The notes: a model not told the origin generated them from the letters alone. Counted from the first letter of the stretch, positions 47,051-56,577 are shown. The stretch is 64,000 nucleotides of DNA from Candidatus Micrarchaeota archaeon (GCA_014730115.1 WJIU01000045.1:14085-78084), one strand, 5' to 3'. Program-made: numbers and translations.

Positions 47051-48247
47051 TCAGGAGACAATCTGGCCCCAGGCGGAGAGCCTCCACCTCTGGCCCATTC
47101 TCTTGGAAAGCGCGGTGTGCATTCCTTCATATACCACGGTCGGCTTTTTGAGCTTGATGGTGGCAACCCCTTTGGAAAGTTTTGCAATAAGCCCGACCCC
47201 GGTTGAGGTATGAACATTGACCACAATGGGCTCATTCTCCCTGAGAGGGGTGTTCTTTACGTCCTTTCTTTCGAGCATCTTGTATTTTACCTTGATGGTG
47301 TCCACCGGCTCAGGAACCTCGCCAACCCGGCCCACTACCGAGCCCACCAGGGCATCAGATTTGGTCAGGGAGGGGTCAAGAGTGGTGCCAATAGCCACCA
47401 GCCCTCCCGTGGTTGCGGTATCCAGGGCATCGCCCCCTTCCATGAGGCCCTGCACCTGGCATTTCACAGGGGAGGGGCGGCCCCCTTCTTTCTTGGTTAT
47501 GCCCGGTCTTATCTCTATTTCCTCGCCTGTCTTCAGGAAGCCCTGTACAATGGAGCCTCCCAGTACCCCGCCCTTCAAACCGGCGATTTCAGCTCCGGGG
47601 CGGTTAATATCAAATGAGCGTGACACATAAAGCCTCAGCTGGGCATCCCTGTCCCTTTCCGGAGGCTCCATAACCTTGTTGATAGTGCCCAGCAGAACAT
47701 CTATATTGGTGCCATAGTTTGCAGCAACCGGTATTATGGGGGCATTTTCAGCTATTGTCCCCTTTAGAAATTCTCTTATCTGCTTCTGGTTTTCCAGGGC
47801 CTGCTCCTTGCTCACAAGGTCAACCTTTGTCTGTACCACCACAATCTTGTCCACACCGGTAGAATCCAGCACAAGCAGGTGTTCTGCAGTCTGGGGCTGG
47901 GGGCAGGGCTCGTTTGCTGCTATAAGGAATATTACACCGTCCAGGATGCTGGTGGCGGAGATAACTGTAGTCATCAGGGTTTCATGGCCGGGAGCATCCA
48001 CTATGGACACCTTTCTCAGAAGCTTGGGCTTGCCGCCGTCTTCCTTGCAGGCTTCCTCGGAAGGACAAAGCTTGCCGGTCTTCTCACACCTGTAGATTTC
48101 AGCATCGGCATATCCCAGCCTGATTGAGATTCCCCTTTTTATTTCCTCGCTGTGGGTGTCTGTCCACTTTCCGGTAAGCGCTCTTGTCAGCGTGGTTTTG
48201 CCGTGGTCAACATGACCAAGCATTCCGATATTCATGTCGGCCTGCAT
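47051..48247 (-). CDS. translation initiation factor aIF2 gamma subunit
   Basis: GHVDHGKTT, DAPGHE and QTKVD GTPase motifs, plus a zinc-knuckle region. Confidence 0.95.
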   Translation of the reverse strand: MQADMNIGMLGHVDHGKTTLTRALTGKWTDTHSEEIKRGISIRLGYADAEIYRCEKTGKLCPSEEACKEDGGKPKLLRKVSIVDAPGHETLMTTVISATSILDGVIFLIAANEPCPQPQTAEHLLVLDSTGVDKIVVVQTKVDLVSKEQALENQKQIREFLKGTIAENAPIIPVAANYGTNIDVLLGTINKVMEPPERDRDAQLRLYVSRSFDINRPGAEIAGLKGGVLGGSIVQGFLKTGEEIEIRPGITKKEGGRPSPVKCQVQGLMEGGDALDTATTGGLVAIGTTLDPSLTKSDALVGSVVGRVGEVPEPVDTIKVKYKMLERKDVKNTPLRENEPIVVNVHTSTGVGLIAKLSKGVATIKLKKPTVVYEGMHTALSKRMGQRWRLSAWGQIVS

Positions 48248-48636
48248 TATTTACTCTCCTTTTCCTCCTTCTTGAAAAGCTGGTCAAGAGGAGTCGCGCC
48301 TGCTTTTTTCACTTTGGTGTTGACCTGCACAATATCAGAAGAATAGGTATTGCCCCGGATTACCTTTCTTTTTCTCTCCCCTTTTCTTTTTGCATTGAAA
48401 CCAACGCCTTTGCTGGTAAGCACCTTCTTTTTGACAGGGCCGAACACCTCCCTTCGCATTGGAAATCCGCTGTCGTCGCTTCCGCCGGTAAGCTCAAGAG
48501 TATAGCCTGCCGCACCCACAAGGTTGCCGTCAAGCTCATCCCCTATTTTCTTGCCCGCTATCTGGGCCTCCTTTTCCTTGGGCAGTTCCACCTGGTAACT
48601 TTTTCCGCTGGCAGTATCTGATATAACTATCCGCAT
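48247..48636 (-). CDS. rps6e: 30S ribosomal protein S6e
   Basis: LTGGSDDSGFPMR motif. TAATG stop/start overlap with aIF2-gamma. Confidence 0.9.
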   Translation of the reverse strand: MRIVISDTASGKSYQVELPKEKEAQIAGKKIGDELDGNLVGAAGYTLELTGGSDDSGFPMRREVFGPVKKKVLTSKGVGFNAKRKGERKRKVIRGNTYSSDIVQVNTKVKKAGATPLDQLFKKEEKESK

Positions 48637-48703
48637 ATTTTCACCTCATAAATAGAGATTAAAAAAATAAAGTAAAGGATTGTTTAAAAAAGGATAGGAA
48701 AGA

Positions 48704-48919
48704 TTATGCGTTTTTGAGCTTGGTCTCATAAACGTAGCCATCGCTTCCGAGATAATACATATAGCCGGAGCGCTTGTCTATTTTTTCGCTGCCAACCTTC
48801 TTTTTCCTGCCCCTCTTGTTGTGCTTCATAGGAGCAGCCCAAACATACCCGTCCTTGCCGACATAATACAGAAATCCATCTTCCCTTCTGATTTTTTCAG
48901 ATCCTACTTTCCTTGCCAT
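48704..48919 (-). CDS. small basic protein made of two about 30-aa tandem repeats
   Basis: RKVGSEKIRREDGFLYYVGKDGYVWAAPMK / KKVGSEKIDKRSGYMYYLGSDGYVYETKLK. ATG at 48919. Confidence 0.6.
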   Translation of the reverse strand: MARKVGSEKIRREDGFLYYVGKDGYVWAAPMKHNKRGRKKKVGSEKIDKRSGYMYYLGSDGYVYETKLKNA

Positions 48920-49076
48920 ATAATTCACCTATTAGGCTTTTGTCAACCTCCCATGTCCGGCCAAACGTCCGGACTTGTCAAGGAAATTAATTGACACGAC
49001 TATATTCAATCGATATTTTATAAACCTATCGTCGAGACACCGACGGTAAAAACCGTGCGTTCCATTTTAATACTTA

Positions 49077-49355
49077 ATGAAAGATATGCGCCTTATGTTC
49101 CATCTTTTCGCACGGCCCAAGCCCTGCAAGATAATGTCGGTGCTGAAAGACACTGAAACAGCCTGGCACCTCTCCAGGCTGGCCAAGGCAACCGACACCA
49201 CCTATGTCTACGTCACAAATCTGGTGTCAAAGCTGGAAGAGGAGAATATACTCACAGTGGAAAGCAGGGGAAAGAAAAGGGTGGTCAAGCTCACTGAAAA
49301 GGGAACAAAAATCGCCAATGCCATCGACGAGCTCAGAAACAGCCTTGAGAGCTAG
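49077..49355 (+). CDS. winged-helix transcriptional regulator (ArsR/MarR-like)
   Basis: 92 aa. HLSRLAKATDTTYVYVTNLVSKLEEENIL...GKKRVVKLTEKG. Confidence 0.65.
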   Translation: MKDMRLMFHLFARPKPCKIMSVLKDTETAWHLSRLAKATDTTYVYVTNLVSKLEEENILTVESRGKKRVVKLTEKGTKIANAIDELRNSLES

Positions 49356-49798
49356 ACAACCCGGAAAGAAGCCTGCTTTTTCAGGTAGCTCAGGACCTTG
49401 TCGTAGCCGATGTAATGGGAAAAAACAGTAACTTCTACCTCATACTTCCCGTCTTCAGTCTGGTTGTTGGCCCACATCGGTATGGATACCTCTGTTTCCT
49501 CGCCCGGCTTCAGCTCCCCAAGCCTTTTTTCCACTCCCTTGTTTATGCCCGGCTTGTCAAAGCCGATAAGGGAATTCTTCGGCAGGAGGGCATCAATTGA
49601 AGTAAGCTGAACGTCAGAAGAGACGTTCCTGACCTTTACAATCAGATTGATTGAATTGCTGCCATGCGCTGACAGCCTCAGGGGGTGAAATAAAAGAGAG
49701 ACGGCAAAGGGGTTTGTTTTTCCCTTTGCTCCCGCTTCTGGAGCTTCGGTGGGTTTTTCTCCGCCAATCAATGAATCCAAGAATCCCATAGTAATCAC
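49352..49798 (-). CDS. hypothetical protein (beta-sandwich-like)
   Basis: 148-aa ORF. LKPGEETEVSIPM pattern resembles CARDB/Ig-like folds. Convergent 4-nt overlap with the wHTH gene. Confidence 0.5.
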   Translation of the reverse strand: MITMGFLDSLIGGEKPTEAPEAGAKGKTNPFAVSLLFHPLRLSAHGSNSINLIVKVRNVSSDVQLTSIDALLPKNSLIGFDKPGINKGVEKRLGELKPGEETEVSIPMWANNQTEDGKYEVEVTVFSHYIGYDKVLSYLKKQASFRVV

Positions 49799-49880
49799 CT
49801 TTCGTTTAGAACAATAAAAAATGAAAGAATCTTTTTAAGGGTTATATATAAATTGCAAATTGCAAAATGAGGTTTTCTTT

Positions 49881-51122
49881 ATGGACTATCAGGAAAAAAC
49901 AATATTGTTAGTAGTCCTGCTGCTATCGGCACTGGCTGTTTATTTTGTTTTTACAGCAGAAACGCCGGAAATCCCGGAGCAGGAAGAGGATGTTTCCGAA
50001 GCAGAAGCTCTGCTTCTGAAAGGCGTGTCCTTCGGCAAGGGGCATGACAACTATATCTATGCATACACCGAAACCGCAGACGGTTACGTAACAGAATATG
50101 GGCTTACCTCCAATGGCGACAGACAACTTGTAGAAGTCCGGAACCTGCTTTCAAACAAAAAGGCCTATTACCTGGAAAACGACACCGTGCTCTGCATTGA
50201 ATATCCTCCCGGAGAGGAAGTGTGCTCTTCAGTAAAGGGCAAATCCAGAGTAGAGAACTACATGAGGTCCCTGGAGGTCAAGCTGCTCAATGACACCCTC
50301 ATTGAAAACGGTGTGCGGAACACCCAGTACCTGCTTGACCAGGGATACATCAGGCTGAGCCCCAACATAACCAACCGCAGCAACTGCAGGGAAATCAGCT
50401 ACCAAATCGACTATACCGATGCATCGGTAGGAGATGCTGCAAGGTTCGGAATAGGCATCAACACACCAAAAATCTTCAATGTAACAATGTGCGTCAACAA
50501 CCGTAGCGGTTACATGCACGAAAGAAGTGTTACATATGAGCAGGAGGGCACAGTGCACTACAAGAATACCAGCCTGGTCTCCTTCAGCTCGATGAGCAGC
50601 GCAATCGAGGCTCCCCAGAACCTTAGCACCGGTGCAATAACCGCCCTGGAAAAAGAGCGGGAGCAGCAGGTCAGGCTGGTGGGCTGCTTCACCACAAAGG
50701 AAGGAGAGGAAAGGGACAAGTGCATCGCAACAATTGCTCTGGACCTTGAGAGAAAGGACCTTTGTGAATATGCCGGGGACCGCAGAGGCCGCTGCCTGGT
50801 TTCAATCGTCCCGCTAACCTTGGACGAGGGAATATGCCCCACAATCCAGGACCAGTCTTTCAGGGATGACTGCTATACCGAACTGGCCGGGGCATACCAG
50901 GACTCCAGCTACTGCGAGCAGGTGCAGGACCCTGAAAAGAAAGACTTCTGCACTGAGATCGCAGTACCGGAGGAAGAGGAAGAAGAACCGGACACAAACC
51001 AGAACGAATCAGGCAATGAGAGCGACATTCTGGATTTCATGGAGTATGTGGACCAGTACGGTGAAGAAGCCAACGAAACCGGCGGGGGCAATGAAACCAA
51101 CGCCACCAATACAACCCAATAA
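49881..51122 (+). CDS. membrane-anchored extracytoplasmic protein with periodic Cys repeats and acidic tail
   Basis: N-terminal TM ILLVVLLLSALAVYFVF. Seven Cys spaced about 12-15 aa apart (RDKCIATIAL, KDLCEYAG, RGRCLVS, EGICPTI, RDDCYTEL, SSYCEQV, KDFCTEI). Glu/Asn-rich end. Confidence 0.6.
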   Translation: MDYQEKTILLVVLLLSALAVYFVFTAETPEIPEQEEDVSEAEALLLKGVSFGKGHDNYIYAYTETADGYVTEYGLTSNGDRQLVEVRNLLSNKKAYYLENDTVLCIEYPPGEEVCSSVKGKSRVENYMRSLEVKLLNDTLIENGVRNTQYLLDQGYIRLSPNITNRSNCREISYQIDYTDASVGDAARFGIGINTPKIFNVTMCVNNRSGYMHERSVTYEQEGTVHYKNTSLVSFSSMSSAIEAPQNLSTGAITALEKEREQQVRLVGCFTTKEGEERDKCIATIALDLERKDLCEYAGDRRGRCLVSIVPLTLDEGICPTIQDQSFRDDCYTELAGAYQDSSYCEQVQDPEKKDFCTEIAVPEEEEEEPDTNQNESGNESDILDFMEYVDQYGEEANETGGGNETNATNTTQ

Positions 51123-51166
51123 CTTTTTCTTTTTATTTTTAAACTTTCATTGGCAAAGGTAAATGC

Positions 51167-52330
51167 ATGAAAATAGCTGTTTTCACAGATACCTATTTTC
51201 CACAGGTAAATGGCGTGGTGACATGCATCTCCGACTCAGTGAGGGTACTGTCCAGAAACAACAGCATTGTTCTTTTTGCCCCGGGGGGCAAAAAACTCAG
51301 AACTGAAAAACGCTCAAAAAACTTCAGAATACGCTGGGTTCCGGCAAAACAGTTTCCTTTCTATGAGGGATACAGGATATCCTCTCTTAACTACAAACGG
51401 GTCAGCAGCCTGCTGGACAAGGAAAATCCGGATATCGTTCATGCCCATGCCCCGGTGCTTCTGGGACTGCAGGGCATCATCGCAGCCAAAAGAAGGGGCA
51501 TCCCGGTGGTGGCCACATACCATACACATTATCCTGATTATGTTCCCCACCTGCTCAACGGCAAGCTGCCCAAGCCCTTTGAAAGCATCAGCGAATATAC
51601 GGTCAAAAAACTGATAAGGCACGCCTTTGGCATGGCCGATGCGGTTACTGCCCCTACCCGTGAGCTGGTAAGCGAGCTGCGCTCCTATGGGGTTGAAAAT
51701 GCAGCCTACCTTCCCAACGGAGTGGACTTAAAGAAGTTCACCAGGGACCCGGAGAAGGGCTCTGAATTCAGGGAACAGTTTGGCATCCGGAAAACAGACA
51801 AAGTCGTGCTTTACCTGGGCAGGATAAGCTTTGAGAAAAAGCCGGATGTGCTGTTGCAGGCGTTCAGGATGATAGAAGAACCGGGCAGGGTCCTGGTGAT
51901 TGCAGGAAAGGGGCCCTATATGGAAGAGATGAAACGGCTTGCACATGCCCTGGAGCTTGAAAGGGTGGTCTTCACTGGATACCTTGAAGACCTAACTGCG
52001 GCATATTCGGCGGCAGACATCTTTGCCTCTGCCTCAGATACCGAAACATTCGGCCTCACGTTCATTGAGGCAATGCATACCGGCCTGCCGGTTATTGGAG
52101 TAAGCAGGCTGGGGGCAAAAGAGGTGATTGAAAACGGCAAAACAGGCATCCTGGTAGAGCCGGACAATGTCCTGAAACTGGCCGGGGCTATGGACGGTCT
52201 GCTGAAAAACGATAAAAAAAGAAGAAAAATGGCTCTGGAGGCCAGAAAAAGCTCGGAAGAGTATTCACTTAAGAAAAGCACCCGGGAACTGATGAAGATA
52301 TACAGGGGCCTGGCAGGGGAGGTGGACTGA
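51167..52330 (+). CDS. glycosyltransferase family 4
   Basis: ETFGLTFIEAMHTGLPVIG (E-x7-E region). GT-B architecture. Confidence 0.88.
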   Translation: MKIAVFTDTYFPQVNGVVTCISDSVRVLSRNNSIVLFAPGGKKLRTEKRSKNFRIRWVPAKQFPFYEGYRISSLNYKRVSSLLDKENPDIVHAHAPVLLGLQGIIAAKRRGIPVVATYHTHYPDYVPHLLNGKLPKPFESISEYTVKKLIRHAFGMADAVTAPTRELVSELRSYGVENAAYLPNGVDLKKFTRDPEKGSEFREQFGIRKTDKVVLYLGRISFEKKPDVLLQAFRMIEEPGRVLVIAGKGPYMEEMKRLAHALELERVVFTGYLEDLTAAYSAADIFASASDTETFGLTFIEAMHTGLPVIGVSRLGAKEVIENGKTGILVEPDNVLKLAGAMDGLLKNDKKRRKMALEARKSSEEYSLKKSTRELMKIYRGLAGEVD

Positions 52331-52377
52331 TTTACGTCATAGTAGGAATTGACCCGGGGATAAATACCGGCTATGCG

Positions 52378-52776
52378 GTGCTGAACCTGAATGGGGAGAT
52401 GGTAGCGTCCGGCTGTGAGAAAGAAGCCAGCGATGAGAAAATCATCACCCTGGTCTCCACACACGGCATTCCCGTCCTCATTGCTTCTGATACTTCTCCC
52501 CCTTCTTATTTTGTGCAGAAAATGGCAGCAAGGCTGAATGCCAGGGTATTCTCCCCTTCCGCAAGCCTCACCAGGGCCGAGAAGAAGGCTATTGGAAGGA
52601 GCATAGAGGTGGTCCATGTACGGGATGCCTATGCCGCGGCAGTAAAGGCCTACCGGCGGTATCAGAACCGCCTCAGGCAGATTGAGGCAATGGACGTAAA
52701 AGACAAGGATGAGCTGAAGATGATGATTATCGTCGGAAAAAGGGTTGGAGAAAGGATTGCCAGCCAAAACATTTAA
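52378..52776 (+). CDS. DUF460-like / RuvC-fold-like small protein (start codon unresolved)
   Basis: The ORF track starts at GTG 52378, but the conserved-looking IVGIDPGINTGYA segment is encoded in frame just upstream (52339-52377), where no ATG/GTG/TTG exists. Confidence 0.55.
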   Translation: MLNLNGEMVASGCEKEASDEKIITLVSTHGIPVLIASDTSPPSYFVQKMAARLNARVFSPSASLTRAEKKAIGRSIEVVHVRDAYAAAVKAYRRYQNRLRQIEAMDVKDKDELKMMIIVGKRVGERIASQNI

Positions 52777-52829
52777 ATATGAAGAATGAGCAATTATAGT
52801 GTTATTGAGTTGGATGGACTGGTGGTAAT

Positions 52830-53591
52830 TTGGCAAAAGACAGAGTTAAGAAGAAAAAGAAATCCCCTACTACAAAAAGGAGGAAAAAACCTTCTCCTAC
52901 TAAAAAGAAAAAACCTCTGAAATCAGCCGGTAAAAAGAAAGTGGCAAAGAAGAAAACAAAGGCCGCGGTAAAGAAAAGAGCAAAAAAGGCAGTCAAGAAA
53001 AGGGCCAGCAAAACAGTGAAGAAAAAGGCGGCCAGTAAAAAAACAAAACCTGCAAAAAGAAAGGAAGATGCCCCCAGGGCGCAAAAACCGAGGAGCGAAG
53101 AGGCCAGGGTAAAGAAGCAGATTACCGCAATCCTCAGTGATGCATCAGTAAGACAGATGCTTATTGAAATCGGGGGTGAAAACGCCATCGCGATTGTAAG
53201 AAATTTCTACAGCGACCACAGCGATGAGGAGCTTGCCAAGAAGCTGAAAATCAAAATCAGCGACGTAAGGGCCACTCTCAACAAGCTGCACAATGAAGGT
53301 CTTGTCAACTATCTGAGGGAAAGGGACAGCGAAACAGGTTGGTATTCCTACAGCTGGTCGCTAAACCACGAAAGAATAGAAAAATGGGCGGATGAGCAGA
53401 GCAGCAAAATAAACTCACTTTGCAGCGAAGAGGGGGAGCAGTATTACTTCTGCCCCTCCTGCGGCATGTCCACCATAATTGATTTTGAATCAGCTTCCTG
53501 CTGGGAGTTCAGATGCGAGCAATGCAACCGGTTTTTGGAATTCATTGATGAAAAGAAGATGAGCGAACTTCTTGACAAGGTTTATCTGTAA
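52830..53591 (+). CDS. tfe: transcription factor E (TFE-alpha) with about 95-aa Lys-rich N-terminal extension
   Basis: Winged helix (VRQMLIEIGGENAIAIVRNF..LAKKLKIKISDVRATLNKLHNEGLV) plus zinc ribbon (CPSCG..CEQCN). TTG start. The N-terminus is KKxK/AKK repeats. Confidence 0.82.
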   Translation: MAKDRVKKKKKSPTTKRRKKPSPTKKKKPLKSAGKKKVAKKKTKAAVKKRAKKAVKKRASKTVKKKAASKKTKPAKRKEDAPRAQKPRSEEARVKKQITAILSDASVRQMLIEIGGENAIAIVRNFYSDHSDEELAKKLKIKISDVRATLNKLHNEGLVNYLRERDSETGWYSYSWSLNHERIEKWADEQSSKINSLCSEEGEQYYFCPSCGMSTIIDFESASCWEFRCEQCNRFLEFIDEKKMSELLDKVYL

Positions 53592-53603
53592 GGGCTGATT
53601 CTT

Positions 53604-53987
53604 TTGAAGATACAGGAACTCAACTCTTATGTGGTCCTTTTCAACAGGGACCGCTTACTTCTTCTGAAGAGAAAAAACGGCATCTGGGAGTTTCCGGGAG
53701 GCCAGGTAGAATGGGGGGAAGGCCCTGAAAAATCAGCAGTCCGGGAAACCAGGGAAGAAACCGGGCTGGTTCCGAAAAACCTGAAACTGCTGACCATCAC
53801 ATCTGCCACGTATGAAAAGGAAGGCAACCAGAAGCATTCCGTGTACATCGTATACCAGGGAGAGAGCGACGGGGACAACGTAACCCTCAGTGGGGAGCAT
53901 GAAGAGTGCCGGTGGCTCACCCTGACTGAAGCGGGCTTCATGAAAAACCTTGGCCTCAATGCAGAGGCTGTGCTGGAGGTCCTCTAG
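53604..53987 (+). CDS. NUDIX hydrolase
   Basis: Complete Nudix box GGQVEWGEGPEKSAVRETREETGL. TTG start. Confidence 0.85.
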   Translation: MKIQELNSYVVLFNRDRLLLLKRKNGIWEFPGGQVEWGEGPEKSAVRETREETGLVPKNLKLLTITSATYEKEGNQKHSVYIVYQGESDGDNVTLSGEHEECRWLTLTEAGFMKNLGLNAEAVLEVL

Positions 53988-53990
53988 CAG

Positions 53991-56576
53991 CTACATGCTC
54001 TTGAATTCCTTTATCATATCCTCAAGCTCATCAGCAGTGTAGAGCAGCAGGGACTTGCTTTCGGCCTCCATCTTGAGTATGAGGGGTGCTACGGTCGGAG
54101 ACGAATCAACCAATTCCCTGAATTTCTCTTTCTCTCCAATGTCCTTAAACACGATTATCGTTATTCCTTTCCCAATGGTATTGAGAACGCCCTCAAGCAG
54201 CTCCTTGACACGCTTCTCCCCTTCAAAGAAGTGCAGGAACATCTGCTGGCCCACCACGGTGATTACACTGTCTGCTTTTTTGGATTCTCCAAGGCCGGTG
54301 AACGGGACCGCATTATTCACGCATATGTCCCTGAGCTTTCTCATAATGGCAAGATAATCGATGGAATGCTTGGTTTTCTCCTCCCATTCGGCAAGCCCAT
54401 AGTATTCCATTGCCTCGCTAACCAGTTCCTTTTTCTCGAGCTGCTCCAGCAGGAACTCCACATTGTAATCAGTTATGAAGATGGGCCTTCCCTTGTAGAA
54501 CACCCCCTTGAAGGCACTTTTTATTTCGGAAGTGGTCAGCGGCGTGAATTCCCAGTGGTAATTTTCATTCACCTTTGAGAAAAGGCTGAGAACCACATCC
54601 TGGGAGAGAGGTATCTTGGTTCTGGCCACCGGCGGGAAGTCTGGTATGTCAAGGGAGTAGAATATTTCCTCCTGCCTTGCAAAGTAGACGCCAAAGCCTA
54701 CGATTACTGCTGTGAGAATTACGGTAACCCAGAACAGCGGGTCGGTGAAAATGCTGGGCGGGCTTTCATGCTTCACGGTAACAGTTTCCCTGAGGCCGGA
54801 AGAAACAAACTCAAACGTATGCACACCATCCGGCAGCCTCTGGTTGGTGCTGCCAGTGTAGCGCTCAAGGTCTACCCTTATTGTTGAGACATCATTGAAT
54901 TCATATGTTCCGTACCTTCCATCGTCTATTTCCAGGGAAATGGTATCAATGGTAACCGGCTGGTTGTCCATGGCAATACTGAAGACATAGGTGGAGCGCC
55001 TCCTGCTGTCCAGTCCGCGGTAGCTTACATCTATGGAGACTACATTCAGATAGGTCTGGGCATAAACCCTGCTCTGGTCGTCAATCAGCTGCATTATGTA
55101 TTCGCCTTCTTTCCCGAATATGCCAACGTCAAACGAGCGGTCGGCCTGGACGTTTACGTTTCCCTGTGGATAGGTCTCCACCTGAGAGCCGTTCTCATCC
55201 ACAAGCAACAGGAACATATTGGGCTGACCGGGCTCAGGCTCCTTCATCTCCGCGTTCAGCCTGACCGGATTGTTGGTGAGGTTTGTGGGGATTACATTTA
55301 CGCCTTCCTGGATATAGAGGTTGCTATTGGTTTCCTTTTCAAGATAGATGTAAAGGGTTTCCCTTACCGGATATTTGGATGCTGAAGATTCGCCGATGAA
55401 ATCCACCCTTACCGAAGTCCTTTTTGGCTCGAAACCCTCTGTAAAGAAATATCTTTCACCAACATAGCTGCTCTGGTTGACAAACTGGTAGGTGGTATTG
55501 GACGCAAGGGAGTTGGCCCAGGGAATCTCAAACACTATCCTTGAAATATCATTTGCAGCAAGTTCGTAATCATTTCTCCATCCGCCGTCCAGTGTCTGGG
55601 GCACAAAGACAAATGCTCCGTTGTTTCTCCGGACCACGCTGACCGAGCCGTAGGCAATCCGGCTAACCCAGGTTCCCTTGGAGCCGGCCCGGTAAAGCGG
55701 CTGGAAAAGGCTGAAATTCTGCTCGGACTGCAGAGGGGTGGTCTCATCAAATGTCACCGGCAGCTCGTTCAGCTTTTCCTTGGGGGTCGAGACCGCCAGG
55801 GTTCCATTGAGCATCTGGGTAAACGGCTGTCCGATATATATGACCACCACCCCGCGGTTGGCAAGCTTGTTCATTGAGATTCTACTGTCATAGCCAAGAA
55901 GCTCTTTGGGCACAACCCCGCTGGGCACAATCACAATCGCTCCTTCCGGAATAGTTTCAAGCTGCTTGATGCTTATCTCGTTGAGCATCACATTTCTTGA
56001 GCCCAGTCGGTGCCTGAGCTCCCTCATGAAATCAGGATATATGGATGCCTCTATTTTTTCAGAATTGAGCACAAAAACCTCGGATGGTATTTTCTGCTCA
56101 TACGGAGTGAGTATGATAGTGTAGTTGTCAAGGTTGCTGGTGTTGTACTCGACAAAAACAGCAGCACGATGATTCAGCGAGCCCCTTTGCCCCGAATTCA
56201 AGACCTCGCCCGAAACTATGGTGTTCATGAGCTCAGGCTTGTCCGCGGCCGGCTTGAACTCCTCAGGCGGAGGCGCCAGCTGGACAGTCAGGTATATCCA
56301 GGCAATTCCCAGGACAATAAGCGCAATAAGCAAAGCTGCCCCTAAAACTGCAAAGTTGAATCCTCCCGGCGGCTTGGAGGGCGCAGCCAGCGGGGCTTCT
56401 TTTTTCTTTGCCTTTTTTTCCTTTTCCTTGGATGCAAAAAGCTTGTTGAGCTCGTCCCTGATCTGCTCTAAAGGAGACCGCTCAATAACCCGGTAGTGGT
56501 TTTCATACTGATAGCGGCGCTTAATGTCGAACCTGTAGAGCTTCTTCTGGATTTTCACCTTGTCGATGTCCACCAT
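53991..56576 (-). CDS. 861-aa bitopic membrane protein (operon gene 5)
   Basis: TM at about aa 70-95 (FNFAVLGAALLIALIVLGIAWIYL). An extracytoplasmic region of about 520 aa is rich in N-x-S/T. Second TM (LFWVTVILTAVIVGFGVYFA), then a cytoplasmic domain of about 225 aa. Lies 1 nt after gene 4. Confidence 0.7.
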   Translation of the reverse strand: MVDIDKVKIQKKLYRFDIKRRYQYENHYRVIERSPLEQIRDELNKLFASKEKEKKAKKKEAPLAAPSKPPGGFNFAVLGAALLIALIVLGIAWIYLTVQLAPPPEEFKPAADKPELMNTIVSGEVLNSGQRGSLNHRAAVFVEYNTSNLDNYTIILTPYEQKIPSEVFVLNSEKIEASIYPDFMRELRHRLGSRNVMLNEISIKQLETIPEGAIVIVPSGVVPKELLGYDSRISMNKLANRGVVVIYIGQPFTQMLNGTLAVSTPKEKLNELPVTFDETTPLQSEQNFSLFQPLYRAGSKGTWVSRIAYGSVSVVRRNNGAFVFVPQTLDGGWRNDYELAANDISRIVFEIPWANSLASNTTYQFVNQSSYVGERYFFTEGFEPKRTSVRVDFIGESSASKYPVRETLYIYLEKETNSNLYIQEGVNVIPTNLTNNPVRLNAEMKEPEPGQPNMFLLLVDENGSQVETYPQGNVNVQADRSFDVGIFGKEGEYIMQLIDDQSRVYAQTYLNVVSIDVSYRGLDSRRRSTYVFSIAMDNQPVTIDTISLEIDDGRYGTYEFNDVSTIRVDLERYTGSTNQRLPDGVHTFEFVSSGLRETVTVKHESPPSIFTDPLFWVTVILTAVIVGFGVYFARQEEIFYSLDIPDFPPVARTKIPLSQDVVLSLFSKVNENYHWEFTPLTTSEIKSAFKGVFYKGRPIFITDYNVEFLLEQLEKKELVSEAMEYYGLAEWEEKTKHSIDYLAIMRKLRDICVNNAVPFTGLGESKKADSVITVVGQQMFLHFFEGEKRVKELLEGVLNTIGKGITIIVFKDIGEKEKFRELVDSSPTVAPLILKMEAESKSLLLYTADELEDMIKEFKSM

Positions 56577-56577
56577 G

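Noticed and set aside
48929-49076. 148-nt AT-rich intergenic region with small hairpins (GTCCGG..CCGGAC, CGTCG..CGACG), considered as an ncRNA or origin.
   Set aside because: It is short, and the hairpins are only 5-6 bp. It is adequately explained as the divergent promoter region for the small repeat protein and the wHTH regulator.
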